From: Takakia lepidozioides
Lineage: Eukaryota > Plantae > Bryophyta
Assembly: GCA_030704615.1 (NCBI GenBank)
Contig: CM060731.1
Span: 31,372,001 to 31,436,000, forward strand
DNA: 64,000 nucleotides
Reading direction: 5' to 3'
Part shown: positions 24,220-36,690 of the stretch, piece after piece
How the letters are laid out: every line of letters begins with the position of its first letter
Numbering within the stretch: position 1 is the first letter of the stretch
Notes under the pieces: generated by a model
Database searches by the model: none
Told to the model about the DNA's origin: nothing
What the model saw: only the letters and a program-made list of their open reading frames with translations
Made by a program: the position numbers and the translations under genes

Positions 24220-24545
24220 AAATTCACGTTCTGCCATGATTGATACCCAACATAAGCCATACTACTTTGGCTGGAGTCTTATCTTTCTACTGAAAATACC
24301 TGCCTACCAAGATGAACCGTCACCAAGCAGAAACCCTTGATGGGGTTTTCACTGATACTGGCTCTTGATCAAGGCTGTAAGAGGCTATATTGACGAATCA
24401 CAAATCCCCCAGATTTGATGGTATACCTGTGAAATTTTACAAATTCCTTCGGGAAATCATCTCCACTGATTTTTGTGCCATGGCTAATGCGATTAAAAAG
24501 ATGGGTTCAATACCACAATAGATAGCGCAAGGAGTTACCACACTG
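24220..24545 (+). mobile_element. L1-like LINE fragment (pre-RT region)
   Basis: Frameshifted KSP-x-FDGIPVKFYKFL near 24400-24450, resembling the KSPGPDG...EFYK motif. Confidence 0.5.
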
Positions 24546-24647
24546 AGGTTTGGTGTTCAATTCCTATTAGGTGGTAATGTATGTTATTAATTAAACATTT
24601 TGTATATTGCTTCTTTCTGAAATTTTCCTAAGTCCTTGTTTTTTTAC

Positions 24648-24930
24648 AGTGACGGACCCTCTAGCAGGAGTGGACCCTCCAGCGGGCGTTGGGTCCAGTG
24701 GACTGTGCAGACTCTCCATCAGACTCTGCAGAGTGAGTCCACTTTGCACTGTAGCGTGGACCCTCAAGCAGACTGGACTGCAGAGTGGACCCTCTCTAGC
24801 AGACTATGGGTCCACCGGACTCTGCAGAGTGGGTGGACCTTCCAACAGACTCTCCAGAATGACTAGACTGTCCAATGGACCCTTGGACCCGGTGGATGGG
24901 CGTTGGGCTTATGAGGTGACCCCACGGGCC
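24648..24930. repeat. Short GTGGACCCT / ACTCTGCAGAGT motif cluster (DNA-transposon subterminal-like)
   Basis: Multiple GGACCC/GGGTCC motifs and palindromic ACTCTGCAGAGT copies. Confidence 0.6.
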
Positions 24931-24999
24931 GTATCGGTGGGGCATACAGGCGCATTGAAGACGCTATTATCTTAAAATGAGATCCATGGAAGCCTTATA

Positions 25000-26400
25000 T
25001 TTTATTCAAGGAAAAAAATAAAATCCCAAAGGACCATGAAGCAAATACATCATAGAGGTGAAGGACGAACCCAGGGACCATTAAACGAAGAGAGAAACCA
25101 TCCAACTGGATGAGAATGAGTGTGAGTGACTTGCAGCATCACACATTAAAGTACGGGGCAGGGGCCAACGAGAGGTGGGCACTAGGTCCATTGGGGCAAC
25201 AAAAGGACAATACTAACAATCATAATCAAGAGTGCAAGAAAGTTGGCAGCCCCCAGCGCGAAAGGGGAATGGATCCCAACACCTAACGCGAACCGGGGTT
25301 CTTTCGGAGGAGAATTGGGCAGGGGCCAACCATGGACCAGCTGGCAGTGGACGCACTGATAACATGCACAACGGAGAACAGGTCCAAATATTTGGTGAAG
25401 ACGAGTTGTGAGAATGAAGCCGGGAGCCCGAAACCTACGAGGGCCAGCCATCGAACAAGGAGGAGGAGACCCTTAGCGGTTGAAACTAAGCCTTACGGAG
25501 CCCGGGAGCTCATACCGCTGATGTGTCTCCACAGGAACCTTGGAATTTTTGGAAGAGTTGAGGCTCAACTTCCAAATGCCTACAAATGTCTGCATGAAGT
25601 TTCATTCAAGCCTTCCTTGCCCAACTTGAACTTTATGAAATATCATGTTTAGCAAGAGAGAGATACAAGTTCTTTCCCCTGGAAATGTCCATTGGCATCT
25701 AGCTAATTTCCAAATGTTCCACAAAGCGATAGAACGGAATACGCAGAAAGTATGTTTTAGTGTGAGGTCGTAGTTGAGTACTTTGTGGACATGGTTGGAT
25801 TGACCGCTTTGCAAGACCTGCGAGATGAATCTTGCATGGAACATAACAGAGTATGAGGCAATGCTCCTTAGTTTCAGAAATCCCTAAGTGCCAACATTTG
25901 CAGAGGATGGCAGGATGGCAGGATGGCAGGATGAAGCTCAACCATGAGCCTACTTTTAGAACCTTATTTGTCAGGTCTGCCGTAGAAAGGCAGAGAGTTT
26001 TGCTGGTCTTTTCTTGTTCCAAATGTTCGCCGACTTGTGTTCCATTTGTCTTGAAATTGGTGAGCAAGGTACTTTGTATTGGACAAAGGTTGGTTTAGAG
26101 TTCAAGAAGTTCCCAGACCACTCTTTAGGTCGAAATTGAAAGCCATGTTGTAGGGACATCATCCACCCGGAAGATTAATGTCAAGTTGGAGGACAGCTGA
26201 CCAGGGGTTGATGTAGGGGTGGCACATGGGTTCAATTCTTTGTCCTTGGAAGACCATAGGCAAATGCGCACCGGGGTGAATTTTCTTTCTAACGTAAGGT
26301 GATGGTGAGGGTAGTTGCAAGGTGACTCTTGCTAGATTGCTATGTCACTCGAGAGGGGATGGGGAAATTTTGACCAGCTGGAAATCAGTGTACCGTGTTA
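25000..26400 (-). mobile_element. 3' part of an L1-clade LINE (zf-RVT region), decayed
   Basis: CKCW...ETKEHCLILC and RSIALWNIWKLARCQWTF in the broken ORFs 25699-26067 and 25602-25844. Confidence 0.65.
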
Positions 26401-27151
26401 ATTTTTTATATTATTGCCCATTTCGAAAGGGGGTAAATTCTTCTAACAGTTAAAGGTAGTTTAATATTTAACTGTGTAAAAATTATGAGGTTTGACTGAA
26501 TGTTAAGATTCATCTAAGGCTTTTTTAACATCCATGAGGGGGAGCTCCTAGTAATACTCTCCAAACTTGCTAAACCTCCTCAACATCAAATCTTTTGCCA
26601 TAATAATAATAACAATATAAAATAATATATGACGCCTCCCAAAGAAAGCGTAAATTATGGTTGTCTCTTGAGCCCAAAGGGCTAACGCCTTCCTGGGGGA
26701 ATGTGGACACCTTTGTGACACCAATCGGTGAAGTAAACCCACAAACACTTCCAAGGTGGTATGTGCACATTACCAGTCGGCTATAACTTGGTCGTCAACC
26801 TTTTTGCCTGATACTATAGGAGCAGAAGGGACTCGATAGCTGCTAGCCAACTTTTTTTACTTTATTTTATTTACTAAAAAGCAACCAGGGACCACTCCCA
26901 ACTTACCAAGTTATGACACTGAGAACCTCTTCAAAAGTAACATTTTGCCGACAAGGCTAAATAGAAACCTGCCCACATGCTACAAGTAGCAGGATTTGAA
27001 CCCAACATCATATAGTATGTCAACTCCAGACCAAGCCCATGACATCACCCGGCTGCCCCACTTTTACCATCTTTGGGTCTATATTTCGGTAGGCTCTTTC
27101 GCTACTAATTTTTATAGACCATAATTTATGCTACAAATGTAATCGAGAGTA

Positions 27152-27853
27152 CCATAGTGGGAAGGCTGATCCGGCACTAAATAATTAGAAATGAATCTGC
27201 CTAATAATTAAGTGAAAAATAGGAAAAACTGCCGAAATTCCAGAAACTTAACAAAAAAAATGCCTAAAATCTCAAACAAACTCCAAATATCAAATCTCCA
27301 AATGCATGTTTCAAGGCATAAAGCTCTAGGAAAATATTTTCCTTAGCTCTGAGAAATCCTAGAATAATTGGCTGAACAATCACTGCATTTGATGATTGAC
27401 CATATGTTCTCATGGCTCTTAACAACCCACATAATTTGTTTTTGTTTGTTTGTTTGTTTTTTTTTTTGAAAAAAGGCGCCAGCTCACAAATTTGGCCCCT
27501 TAGTTAGTGAGAGGAGAAAATAACCTCTTTCATTTATGCGCCATGGAGGCGAATGAGTGGGACACCGCCCAGGAACCATACCACACAAGTCAGTAGCAAG
27601 ATTTGACCCCAGAATCATCTGGGTGGCACTCAGTCCTTTAACCATCTAAGCTACTGACTGTTGGTACATAATTCTTTTACCACATCTGGTACAGTAGATA
27701 GAGCAATGTTCATGCAGGGAGTCACCAACGAATTACTTAAAATCTCATCCTGGCATTGCCGTAAAATCTAGAAATTTCCTTAAGTTGCGCCGCAGTGTTT
27801 TGTTGTAAAGAAAATAAATATTCGGCACTGCCGGATCAGCCTTCCCACTAGGG
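27152..27853. mobile_element. TA-flanked MITE (Tc1/mariner-like) containing a nested SINE
   Basis: TIR CC(A/C)TAGTGGGAAGGCTGATCCGGCA at 27152 and inverted at 27829-27853, with TA on both sides. Confidence 0.8.
27437..27665 (-). mobile_element. tRNA-derived SINE, copy 2
   Basis: Reverse complement of 18585-18808 with an A-rich tail; 8-bp TSD ACATAATT on both flanks. Confidence 0.82.
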
Positions 27854-29899
27854 TAGACTTTGTGTCACGTTGTAGGCGTAGGGTTATATAAGTCCACGAT
27901 ATGAAGAAGAGGTAAAAAGAACTCTCTAAATTGACAAATGAACAAAATAATAGCATAATTCATGACCATGTCCCAGTTCAGTTATTAAATTTTGTGTAAG
28001 AAGAGGGGTTATTTTCTGAAAATAAAATTCACTCTAAATGTTTTTACTTTATTATCTACTTATTTAACTGTTTTTTCTTGGTTGTTAAACTTCTTGGAAC
28101 TATTCAAGGAAAGAAATTGAGACCCTTCAATGCCATAACGCTCAGAAATATGCATGCGACACTTTTATTAAATGGTTTGATTAGCAGAAACAAAAGATCT
28201 ACTCCATTTGCTTTCTGGAATCATTGAGCAATATCTATTTTAATGCTATTCTTCTATATTTTTAGCAACTTGAGATGAATTTATATATTGCAATGAAATG
28301 TTTTGACAACATGCTGAGCCAATTGACTCTAATTATGTTTATGCATAAATAGTAGAAAGTCTCAAAGAACATGTTGGAGTCTCTTGGGGGGCCACTAAAG
28401 GCCTACCCAATACATTGAAAGAAGCGTCCACATAAACACAATACATTTTTTATTTAAAAAAAGGCATAAGCCAGTTTATTTTAAATCTTGTCGTTCTTAT
28501 TATTAATAATGTAAAAATAAAAAATTATTTCGTTTTTTGGCATTTTGTGAATTTTCAAAAAGGTTTAAATATTTAAAAAACCCATAAAACAAAAAGGATG
28601 TATAACTGGCTCCCTTATCATTCTTTATCATTAGTCATAGCTTAGATTTATTTAGATATACTTTTGGGAGTTGTCAGGTCCTTTGGCCAGAATCAGGCGA
28701 TTGGATTCTTGGATTCTTCCTAAGATGGTCAGTATTTGCGGCAATTCAAAACTAAGGACTCATTGCTTTGTTAGCCAATCTCGACCGTCAGATGCCAAAT
28801 GAGGGGGATTGAAGGATATGTTCCAGTTTTTCAGGAGCTTTGAGTTGGTTATAAATTTGCTTAAGCCTTTATAAGACGAAGTCCCACTAGAGACAGGGTT
28901 GGATGGTGGGGTTGTGTATGGAAATTAGGTGTCAACTGATATGATTGAGTAATTTAAACAGGACCCAGGTATTGGAAACTTCTAGTTGTTTAGTCTCATG
29001 TTGATAAGGGTATTACTGGAATTGAAATAAATTGCCGTTTTGGGTTAGTCTGATTAGTTCATATGGTTGGGGAAGTTGAACACAGACAAAACCCAGTTTT
29101 CCTAACACCCACCTTACCAACTCAGGATTTGATGTAACTGAAAATTACATTAGTCTTCACATAAACTGAGTAAACTGAGTAAACTGAGTTTCCCAGGTGC
29201 CAAAAGGAAATCTAGTGAGGCTTGTGGGTCAACATGCAGAGCAAACCAAATTAACAACTACTCAAGTCTCAAGCCCAAAGGATGCCAGATTGATCATAAC
29301 TGTCACTCTGTTTGATGCTTATACATCTTCATTGGAATGTCTGCTGGTAGCCTTGTTGGGTTGTGAGCCTGATCCGCCGCGTCACAATCCACGGATCCCT
29401 CGGAGGTGATGATGACGATCGTTGCGCACGTTTGCTTCATATCAAGTCAGAATTAGCTGTTCACGGTAGGAGACCTTCCCATCTGAGTGCAACACGTGCT
29501 CAACTATGTCATAAAGACAATTGAGAGTTGAGATCCAAGGTCCTTTTTATGTAATGGGCCGTAGCGTACGAGCACTATACGACATTCTGCTCCTTAGAAT
29601 CAGTGGCCAAAAAAAACATAACGGTTTTGACAGGAAAGATTCGGACAGATAATGGAGATGCGAATGTTCTTTGCACGCATCTTACCGTAGGTAGGGTCAA
29701 CGTTATCTTGTTTTTAATGTTATGAGACCTGCTTGAATCTTCTCCGCCGTGCAACCGACACATGCTTAAAACCTTGTTAAAGTCGATGCACTACTGACTA
29801 CTCTAATATGTAATACGACGAATGGCATCAAAGTTTGGCATCTCAATCTGGTCTCTCTATGTGAAAACCATTCCAAGCACTTCACCTCTCAAAACCCAC

Positions 29900-32330
29900 T
29901 TCACCACTTCACCTCACCTCTGTCGAAAACCCAATGCAATTACTAGAGCGATACGGCCCAATTATCATTATCCATGCTCTTGTTATGAGACTCTTTCATA
30001 GGAGGTCTTCTTGAGCAGATCAACTGTATTTTGTGATGTACAATGCGTGCCCAGGCCCTCTTTGTGGACTAGTCTAGTGAAGGAGCAATGGAGGCCATAC
30101 TGTTTTGACTTACTGGCCAGAAAATCGAGTAGAGAACAAATAGTTGTCATATCGATGTCCTAAATCTATTGTTGCTGCACGCTTGAAACTTGTCAAAGTA
30201 ATACTCCTACATAGAAGTTTCTCATTACTGACCCTCTGAGTCTGTGCCATGTTCCTTACTACTCAAGCAGACCACCTTGTCCTCTCACAGCAAAATCCAA
30301 AACATGCTAGTTCTATATATGCTACTAAGTTAGAGTGAATGTGTGCAACATCTCCTAGATTTCCATACCAGTGCAACACATGGGTCTTCTTCAAGATCCT
30401 CCAAGGCTATACCAGACGCTAAAACAATTAAGTACTAGAACTTAGCAAATTTCAGCACAACAGTTTGAAAGGTTGCTTGAGAGGGACATGCACACTTTTC
30501 TTGTGGTTCTAATAGACAATATGTCAATAATGCATCCAAGTATTTCTAGTGGTTTGAGCTCTACTACCTCCCGTCAACCCCACATTTGTGACTATGGTCT
30601 GTGATCACTTGATGGGATGGACAATTCTCCTCCTGAAGATTCATTTCAAAGTGTCTATGGATTCTTTATAAACTTCGAAAGGTTTTAGTTTATTTATGAA
30701 ATTTCCTAGGAGATAGGTGGTAGAATATGTTCGAGCACAATGAGGCTACTGGCAAAACTCCTGGACTGTTGAAGCAGCTGTGTAAGGTGTTCTGGTCCCT
30801 ATCAGAAAGCCCAACATGCTAGCTAGTTAATCCTAGTTAAAAAAAATAGGATAAGTCCTTCAGATCACAATCTGGCATGCAAAACTGCTAATGAACCCTT
30901 GCCAAATGTAAGTGGATGGAGTAGTGAAGGCTTGATAATATGCTGTGGCCTTCAAATGGTGACAATATTGTGACACAGTTTTCATAAATTGGGTGGGGTA
31001 TTTGCATTCCTTCAGTGAAACCCTTACCCAAAGAGTTCGGTAAACGCACAATCTGCCACCATGCAGATTCCCTAGGCTATACCAACAGTTTTTCTCTACA
31101 GAACCCAAGCTTGCTAACCATTTCAACAGGGGTGGGTGACCTGTAAGTCATTTGCATGAGTTCTATTAACCCATTGCTACTTCATGTGCTTTCCCTAATG
31201 ACAATGTAGCACTCAGATTAACTTCACCATGGGTCTAAAGTGTGTGATCTTGTTGAGCACTTGGAAATGAGGGAGACCATCCCTGCTTTTGTGTTGAAGC
31301 AATTTAGGAGTCCATTCTCAGAGTCCTTTGGTTACAAGTTAGGATTTGTCAATGTATCAAACAACACTGACATAAAAATCCAAAATTTCCATGTAAGGAG
31401 CTCATGAGGAGTTGATGACGTGTGAAACAAGAATGGCAGGGAGGACAACAAACCTAGACATCAAAACTGTGATTTGCACCAGAGATTTGCCATTACAACT
31501 GCAACATAATACAATCCCCATTCCACTACTAGGCGAGGAGAGGAAGATAACAGACACGAGTGTATGAAAATGGGAATTGTGGCCACATGGTAACAGGAGA
31601 GGAAGATAACACAAGGGGGACAATGGATATGCGTACCAAAACTGGAATATTTGGGGCCAGCTTCATGACAATAGATTCACCACTTATAAGCAATCACAGT
31701 AGTAAGACAGTGAGAGAAAGACTTAGTAATGACCCCCCATATTGACTACATCCTATAATTGTCTCTCCTCCAGCTCCTTTTCTACTCCATGCATGGTCAA
31801 GTTAGAAGCAGATACAGAGGGGTATGTTCTTCCCTTGATCTCTTTCATCATGTATTCCCTAATCAGCATAACCAAGATAGCTCAGCCCATGCCACCTCTC
31901 ACTCCCGAGCTCTTCGTGAAACGCAACTCCCAAACTTCCATGGTTGTAAATCCAATTCAATTAAGGATATTAATGATTCTAGATTCCCTAGTCCCTGGTT
32001 GAATATTATACTCTAAATTGTATAATGTAAACTGTATGAACTTGATTTCAGCCCATTAATCCTTCTCATACTAGGTATTGGGTAGAGCTCCAAGACAAGT
32101 CTTAGTCCTTTTCATGTCAGGTTGCTCATCTTTCACTAAACTCCAACCTTATCCATGTATCATTTAGAAAAACAACGTCCTCTTCTGCAATTGGAGGCTA
32201 GATCCACCATACTGTTCAATGAGCTTCAACAATACCTCCCCCCTTACTTAGTGATATTCGTTGCTGCAATTGATACAGGACTTCTAAGTTCCCTTGCTCC
32301 TTGTTCAAGCAGTATGGTAATAAGGACTCC
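29900..32330 (-). mobile_element. Highly degraded L1-like LINE remnants
   Basis: GGMG post-RT motif near 31885-31900 and fragmentary RT-like text. No intact ORF; boundaries approximate. Confidence 0.35.
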
Positions 32331-32832
32331 CTGAATGTTATTTATGTTAGGGTGAACCCGGGTGTTTGCGGGAGAGCCGCCCATCTTGACAACTAACTGG
32401 CTTCACTCATCATTATCTAACATAGCTAAGGCGTTATGAAAGACCTTGTTGTGATGGTTAACCAAGGGTCCTGAGAAATTGAGACGACTTGGTGTTCATA
32501 TACATAATACAATACATGCATACTGTATAATACAATATGTAAAAACACGTAAAAACATAACTTGTTTAAATTGAGTTATAACCCTTAACTTTACATACAC
32601 TCGGAAATTACTGCTTGCCTATCAAGCATTGAAAATAGAAATCCCAAATAGAATGAATCTCTTTGGAGATTCGCAACCGGATTCTCGAAAGAAACACATT
32701 TTATTTGGTTCAAGGGTTTTGGGCTTGGTAAATTCATACCAGGTGCAATCCCTTTGAGGATCAATTTGCCTATGATGAACATGTTGTGCGTTGTCGAACA
32801 ACCTTTCCTGGGCAGTTTCATGCACTTTTCTG

Positions 32833-33232
32833 CCACTGATCCCCACACGGAAAACCCCATCAGAAGTGATGCAAGTGGTTGGCATCCCTTACGACTGCTC
32901 GCCCAACAATCTTTGAGATGATCCTTGTTGCCATGTGACAATCACCAAACGAGGTTTGTGCTTATGTGTAGCATCCCCCAGATCCTCATGAACCCAAAAG
33001 CACCTGGTGAACCCAAAGGCAACAGTCAGCTTCACACTATGGTAAGGGAGAGAAATTTCTTTTTCTCCTCATGCACATCATGTAATATGAAGGGTGTTTC
33101 AAGCACTTACCTGGCCAACTGCATTAGCCAGGGATACAATTTGTGTTCTACATTGAATGCATGCAATAGTCTTGGCTCCTTTTCGACACTGTCCTCCATC
33201 ATTTTCTCATCTTTGCTTTATTGTACCACCTG
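32833..33232 (-). pseudogene. Decayed E2/E+/DYW deaminase region downstream of the PPR ORF
   Basis: Frameshifted ASRWYNKAKMRK/MMEDSVEKEP, LHDVHEEKK, YHSVKLTVAFG (HSEK>HSVK at 33030-33041), and GDCHMATRIISKIVGRAVVRDANHLHHF*...CGDQW. Confidence 0.88.
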
Positions 33233-35266
33233 CTAGCTGGAGCATGTGTTCAATAGGAGCACATCAGCCGTGGTGTGTCCAGTGTCCTTGTTGAGAATGG
33301 TGTTCGCCACACGTTCTGCTATCTCCACATCACCATAAATTCTACAGGCACCCAGTAAGGTCCTCCATACACCGGCATCTGGTTCAATTGGCATTTTGTT
33401 GATGAAAGCCTCTGCTTCATCCAATAGCCCTGCACGGCCAAAAAGATCCACCATGCAGCCAAAATGCTCCATCGTAGGAGTGAGGGCATGATCTCGACTC
33501 ATGGAATCAAAGTAGTGGCATCCTTCATCCACTAGGCCCACACGGCTACATGCAGAGATCAGACATACAAATGTGATAGCATTTGGCTTCAAGCCTTCTT
33601 GTTTCATTTTCTCAAAAAGTTTCAGGGCCTCCCAAGTACACCCATGCTGACCATATCCTGCAATCATCGTGTTCCATGAGACCACATTTCGTTGAGCCAT
33701 ATTATCGAACACTTGACGAGCATCTTTTACACTCCCACAACTGGCATACATATCAGCAAGCGCAGTCCCTAAAATAACATCTTGCACAATTTCTGCTTTC
33801 ATGATGTCGCAATGGACCTTTTGACCCTTTTCCAGGGCTCCTAGGCTGGCACAAGCATTTAAAACACACGTGAACGTGACCTTGTCTGGTGTCACCCCTT
33901 CCTGTATCATTTGCTCATACAGCTCGAAAGCTTCCCTACCACACCCAAGGTGAGTATATCCTGCAATCATGGCACTCCATGAACCCACATCTTGTCGAGC
34001 CACGTTGTCAAACACTAGACGTGCATCCTTTACACTCCCACATTTGGCATACATATCGACAAGGGCAGTTTCCAGATTAATAGATGTTGGCAGTGTAGCT
34101 TTCACAAGGTCAGCATGGACCTCTTTGCCCTCCTCCAGGATTCCTAGGCTGGCACACGCATTAAGGACACCAATAAACGTGACATTGTCAGGCATCACTC
34201 CTTCCCGTCGCATTTGATCATACATCTGCAAAGCCTCTGTACCACACCCCTGTTGAGCATATCCTGCAATCATGGAGTTCCATGAGACCAGATCTTGTCG
34301 AGCCATATTATTGAACACTTGACGTGCATCCTCTACACTCCCACATTTGGCATACATGTCAACAAGGGTATTCTCCATAATGATATCTGGCTGAATTCCA
34401 GCTTTCAGGATGTTAGCATGGACCTTTTTGCCCTTTTCCAAGACTCCTATACTGGCACAGGCATTTAGAAGGCCGATGAACGTGACTCTATTGGGTGCTA
34501 CCCCTTCCTGAATCATTTGCTCATATATAGTCAAAGCTTCCCTACCACGCCCCTGTTGAGCATATCCTGCAATCATAGCACTCCATGAGACCACATTTCT
34601 GTGACCCATATTATCAAACACTTGATGTGCATCCTTCATGCTTCCACACTTTACATACATGTCAGCGAGGGCGGTCTCCAGAATGACATCTCGTGCAATT
34701 CCAGCTTTCAGGATGTTAGCATGGACCTCTTTGCCCTTTTCTAGGATTCCTAGGCTGCCACACACATTGAGAATGCAAGTAAATGTGACCTTGTCGGGCA
34801 TTAGCCCTTTGCCTTGCATTTGCTCATAGATTTTAAAAGCCTCCTCAGCATTCCCACGCTTAGCATATCCTGCCATCATCATAGACCATGTGAACATATC
34901 TCGCTGAAGCATATTGTCAAACACTTGACGAGCATCCACCATGCTCTGGCACTTTGCATACATGTTGATGAGGGTGTTCAGTAGGAAGATGTTTGCTTTG
35001 AATCCACTTCGCACAATGTGGGCATGCACTTGCTTTCCTGATGCTAGGTCTTTGGCTTTTATGCATTCCTGCAAGAGATATATATAAATATTGGAGTCTA
35101 CCAAAGTACCTCGGTGGTTCACCATGTGTAGTGCCTCTTTCAGTTGTCCTGACTTACACAATCTCCACAGATCTCCAGAAGTACCAGAAGAGTGCTTCTT
35201 GTATTCCCTTGGATCTCTTTCAAAAGCAGAGGTCATCGTGGAGGTGCTTAATTGTGCCTGGTTCAA
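33233..35266 (-). CDS. PLS-class pentatricopeptide repeat protein (organellar RNA-editing factor type), ending within E2
   Basis: 677-aa intronless ORF: L-S-(P-L-S)x4-P2-L2-S2-E1 plus a truncated E2. Confidence 0.92.
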   Translation of the reverse strand: MNQAQLSTSTMTSAFERDPREYKKHSSGTSGDLWRLCKSGQLKEALHMVNHRGTLVDSNIYIYLLQECIKAKDLASGKQVHAHIVRSGFKANIFLLNTLINMYAKCQSMVDARQVFDNMLQRDMFTWSMMMAGYAKRGNAEEAFKIYEQMQGKGLMPDKVTFTCILNVCGSLGILEKGKEVHANILKAGIARDVILETALADMYVKCGSMKDAHQVFDNMGHRNVVSWSAMIAGYAQQGRGREALTIYEQMIQEGVAPNRVTFIGLLNACASIGVLEKGKKVHANILKAGIQPDIIMENTLVDMYAKCGSVEDARQVFNNMARQDLVSWNSMIAGYAQQGCGTEALQMYDQMRREGVMPDNVTFIGVLNACASLGILEEGKEVHADLVKATLPTSINLETALVDMYAKCGSVKDARLVFDNVARQDVGSWSAMIAGYTHLGCGREAFELYEQMIQEGVTPDKVTFTCVLNACASLGALEKGQKVHCDIMKAEIVQDVILGTALADMYASCGSVKDARQVFDNMAQRNVVSWNTMIAGYGQHGCTWEALKLFEKMKQEGLKPNAITFVCLISACSRVGLVDEGCHYFDSMSRDHALTPTMEHFGCMVDLFGRAGLLDEAEAFINKMPIEPDAGVWRTLLGACRIYGDVEIAERVANTILNKDTGHTTADVLLLNTCSS

Positions 35267-35559
35267 CCTGCATAGCTAAAGACTCTTCAGTTTACACCCA
35301 CTCACATAGGTATAGCAACTCCATGATGACAGCCTCCTTACTGCATATTACCAGGCTTTAAAAACCACTGCAGTCATCTGCAATAAACTCTACCATTTCC
35401 AGTTTTTGGGTTTGAACAAAACAATACCAGTTGTTATTTAGACCTGAAGAACCATCATCAGATTGTTCTCGAACTTGTATCATGGACAACTCTGCTTTCA
35501 ACCAAGGAGGGTTTGACCGATCAATCCAAAGGCCATCGTTTGTGTGCTTATGTCTTCTG

Positions 35560-36690
35560 TCCGATGATCTTGAACTTTTCTGTGGACACCACCCATGGGC
35601 AGGTTGGCAGCCATATCAACCTCAACCTTACACAAACCAGGCTACAACTACATAAAGCTCCAAGCGCTGTTCAAATAAAAAAGAACAAACTACTAACAGA
35701 AGCAGTAAGGAGCTGTTTGCTGCTTGTTTGCTGCTTTACACAGAAAAAATTGTCGTTCATTTAAGCAGCTGATGATACAATCCAGTCCATCAAACATCAT
35801 CACTAATGATTCAGTCACAAACCCTCCTTAACAAACTCTATCCAGTGCTAAGTGAGCAAAGCCTTACCTTATCAAACCTGTTATCCCACCACTGTGAAGG
35901 ATCTGCAAAGAACTCCTGCCAAAGCCGTTCTCTGTTCAATGCTTGACCTGCGTGAGAACTGCAAGATTATCAGACTTTGCCAACTCCCCAATCACTTGGT
36001 CTCTATGGGAGCAACTTCAGATGACTTTCACAAGTTACTCTTTCCTCTCTGTGTCATGCACACAACAAAAAGAAACTATACAAAACATAATACGGTGCAG
36101 AAGATACCAAAGGAGCTTCTTATGGCTAAGGCCGCCCTTCAAGCCAGGCTGATTATGAGCAATACTCACATTTGTCCACTACCTGTGTTTGTGGATCATC
36201 ACCAGATTTTGCTCGACCCTGTATCATGGCAGCTAACTTAGCTTTCACCCAAGGCAGTGATCCAAAGGGCCTCATTCGTGCACTTATATCTGAAGTCTGG
36301 TGATCTCACCATGGTAGTTGAGCAGCCATAATTTGAACCACAACCTCACATAGACCAGGCTACAGCTCCAATCATCTTTCAACTAGAAGGGAACATCCTA
36401 CTTTTGAACAACCTACTAATAGTAAAAACTGCTTTTGCTGCCTTTTCCTAATGAAGAGTATTATTGTTATCAAGTGAAGCGACTAGAGATACAGTCAAGT
36501 CCACATAAGGCCAGTGTCAGTCAAAAGCCCTCCTTGACAAACTATTTCATGTCCAAGATGAAAAAAGCATACATTATGAAACCACCACTGTGAAGCATCT
36601 GAGTAAAACTCCAACCAGAGCTGTTTGTCGCTCATTGCTTGATCTGCGTGCAGAAACTACAAGAGCATGAGACAATTGCCAGCTTCCCCT
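35560..36690. repeat. Diverged ~400-bp direct duplication upstream of the PPR gene
   Basis: 35560-35990 aligns by eye with 36290-36690 (shared CAGCCATA, ACCAGGCTACA, CCCTCCTT-ACAAACT, CCACCACTGTGAAG, TGCTTGA-CTGCGTG). Confidence 0.7.
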
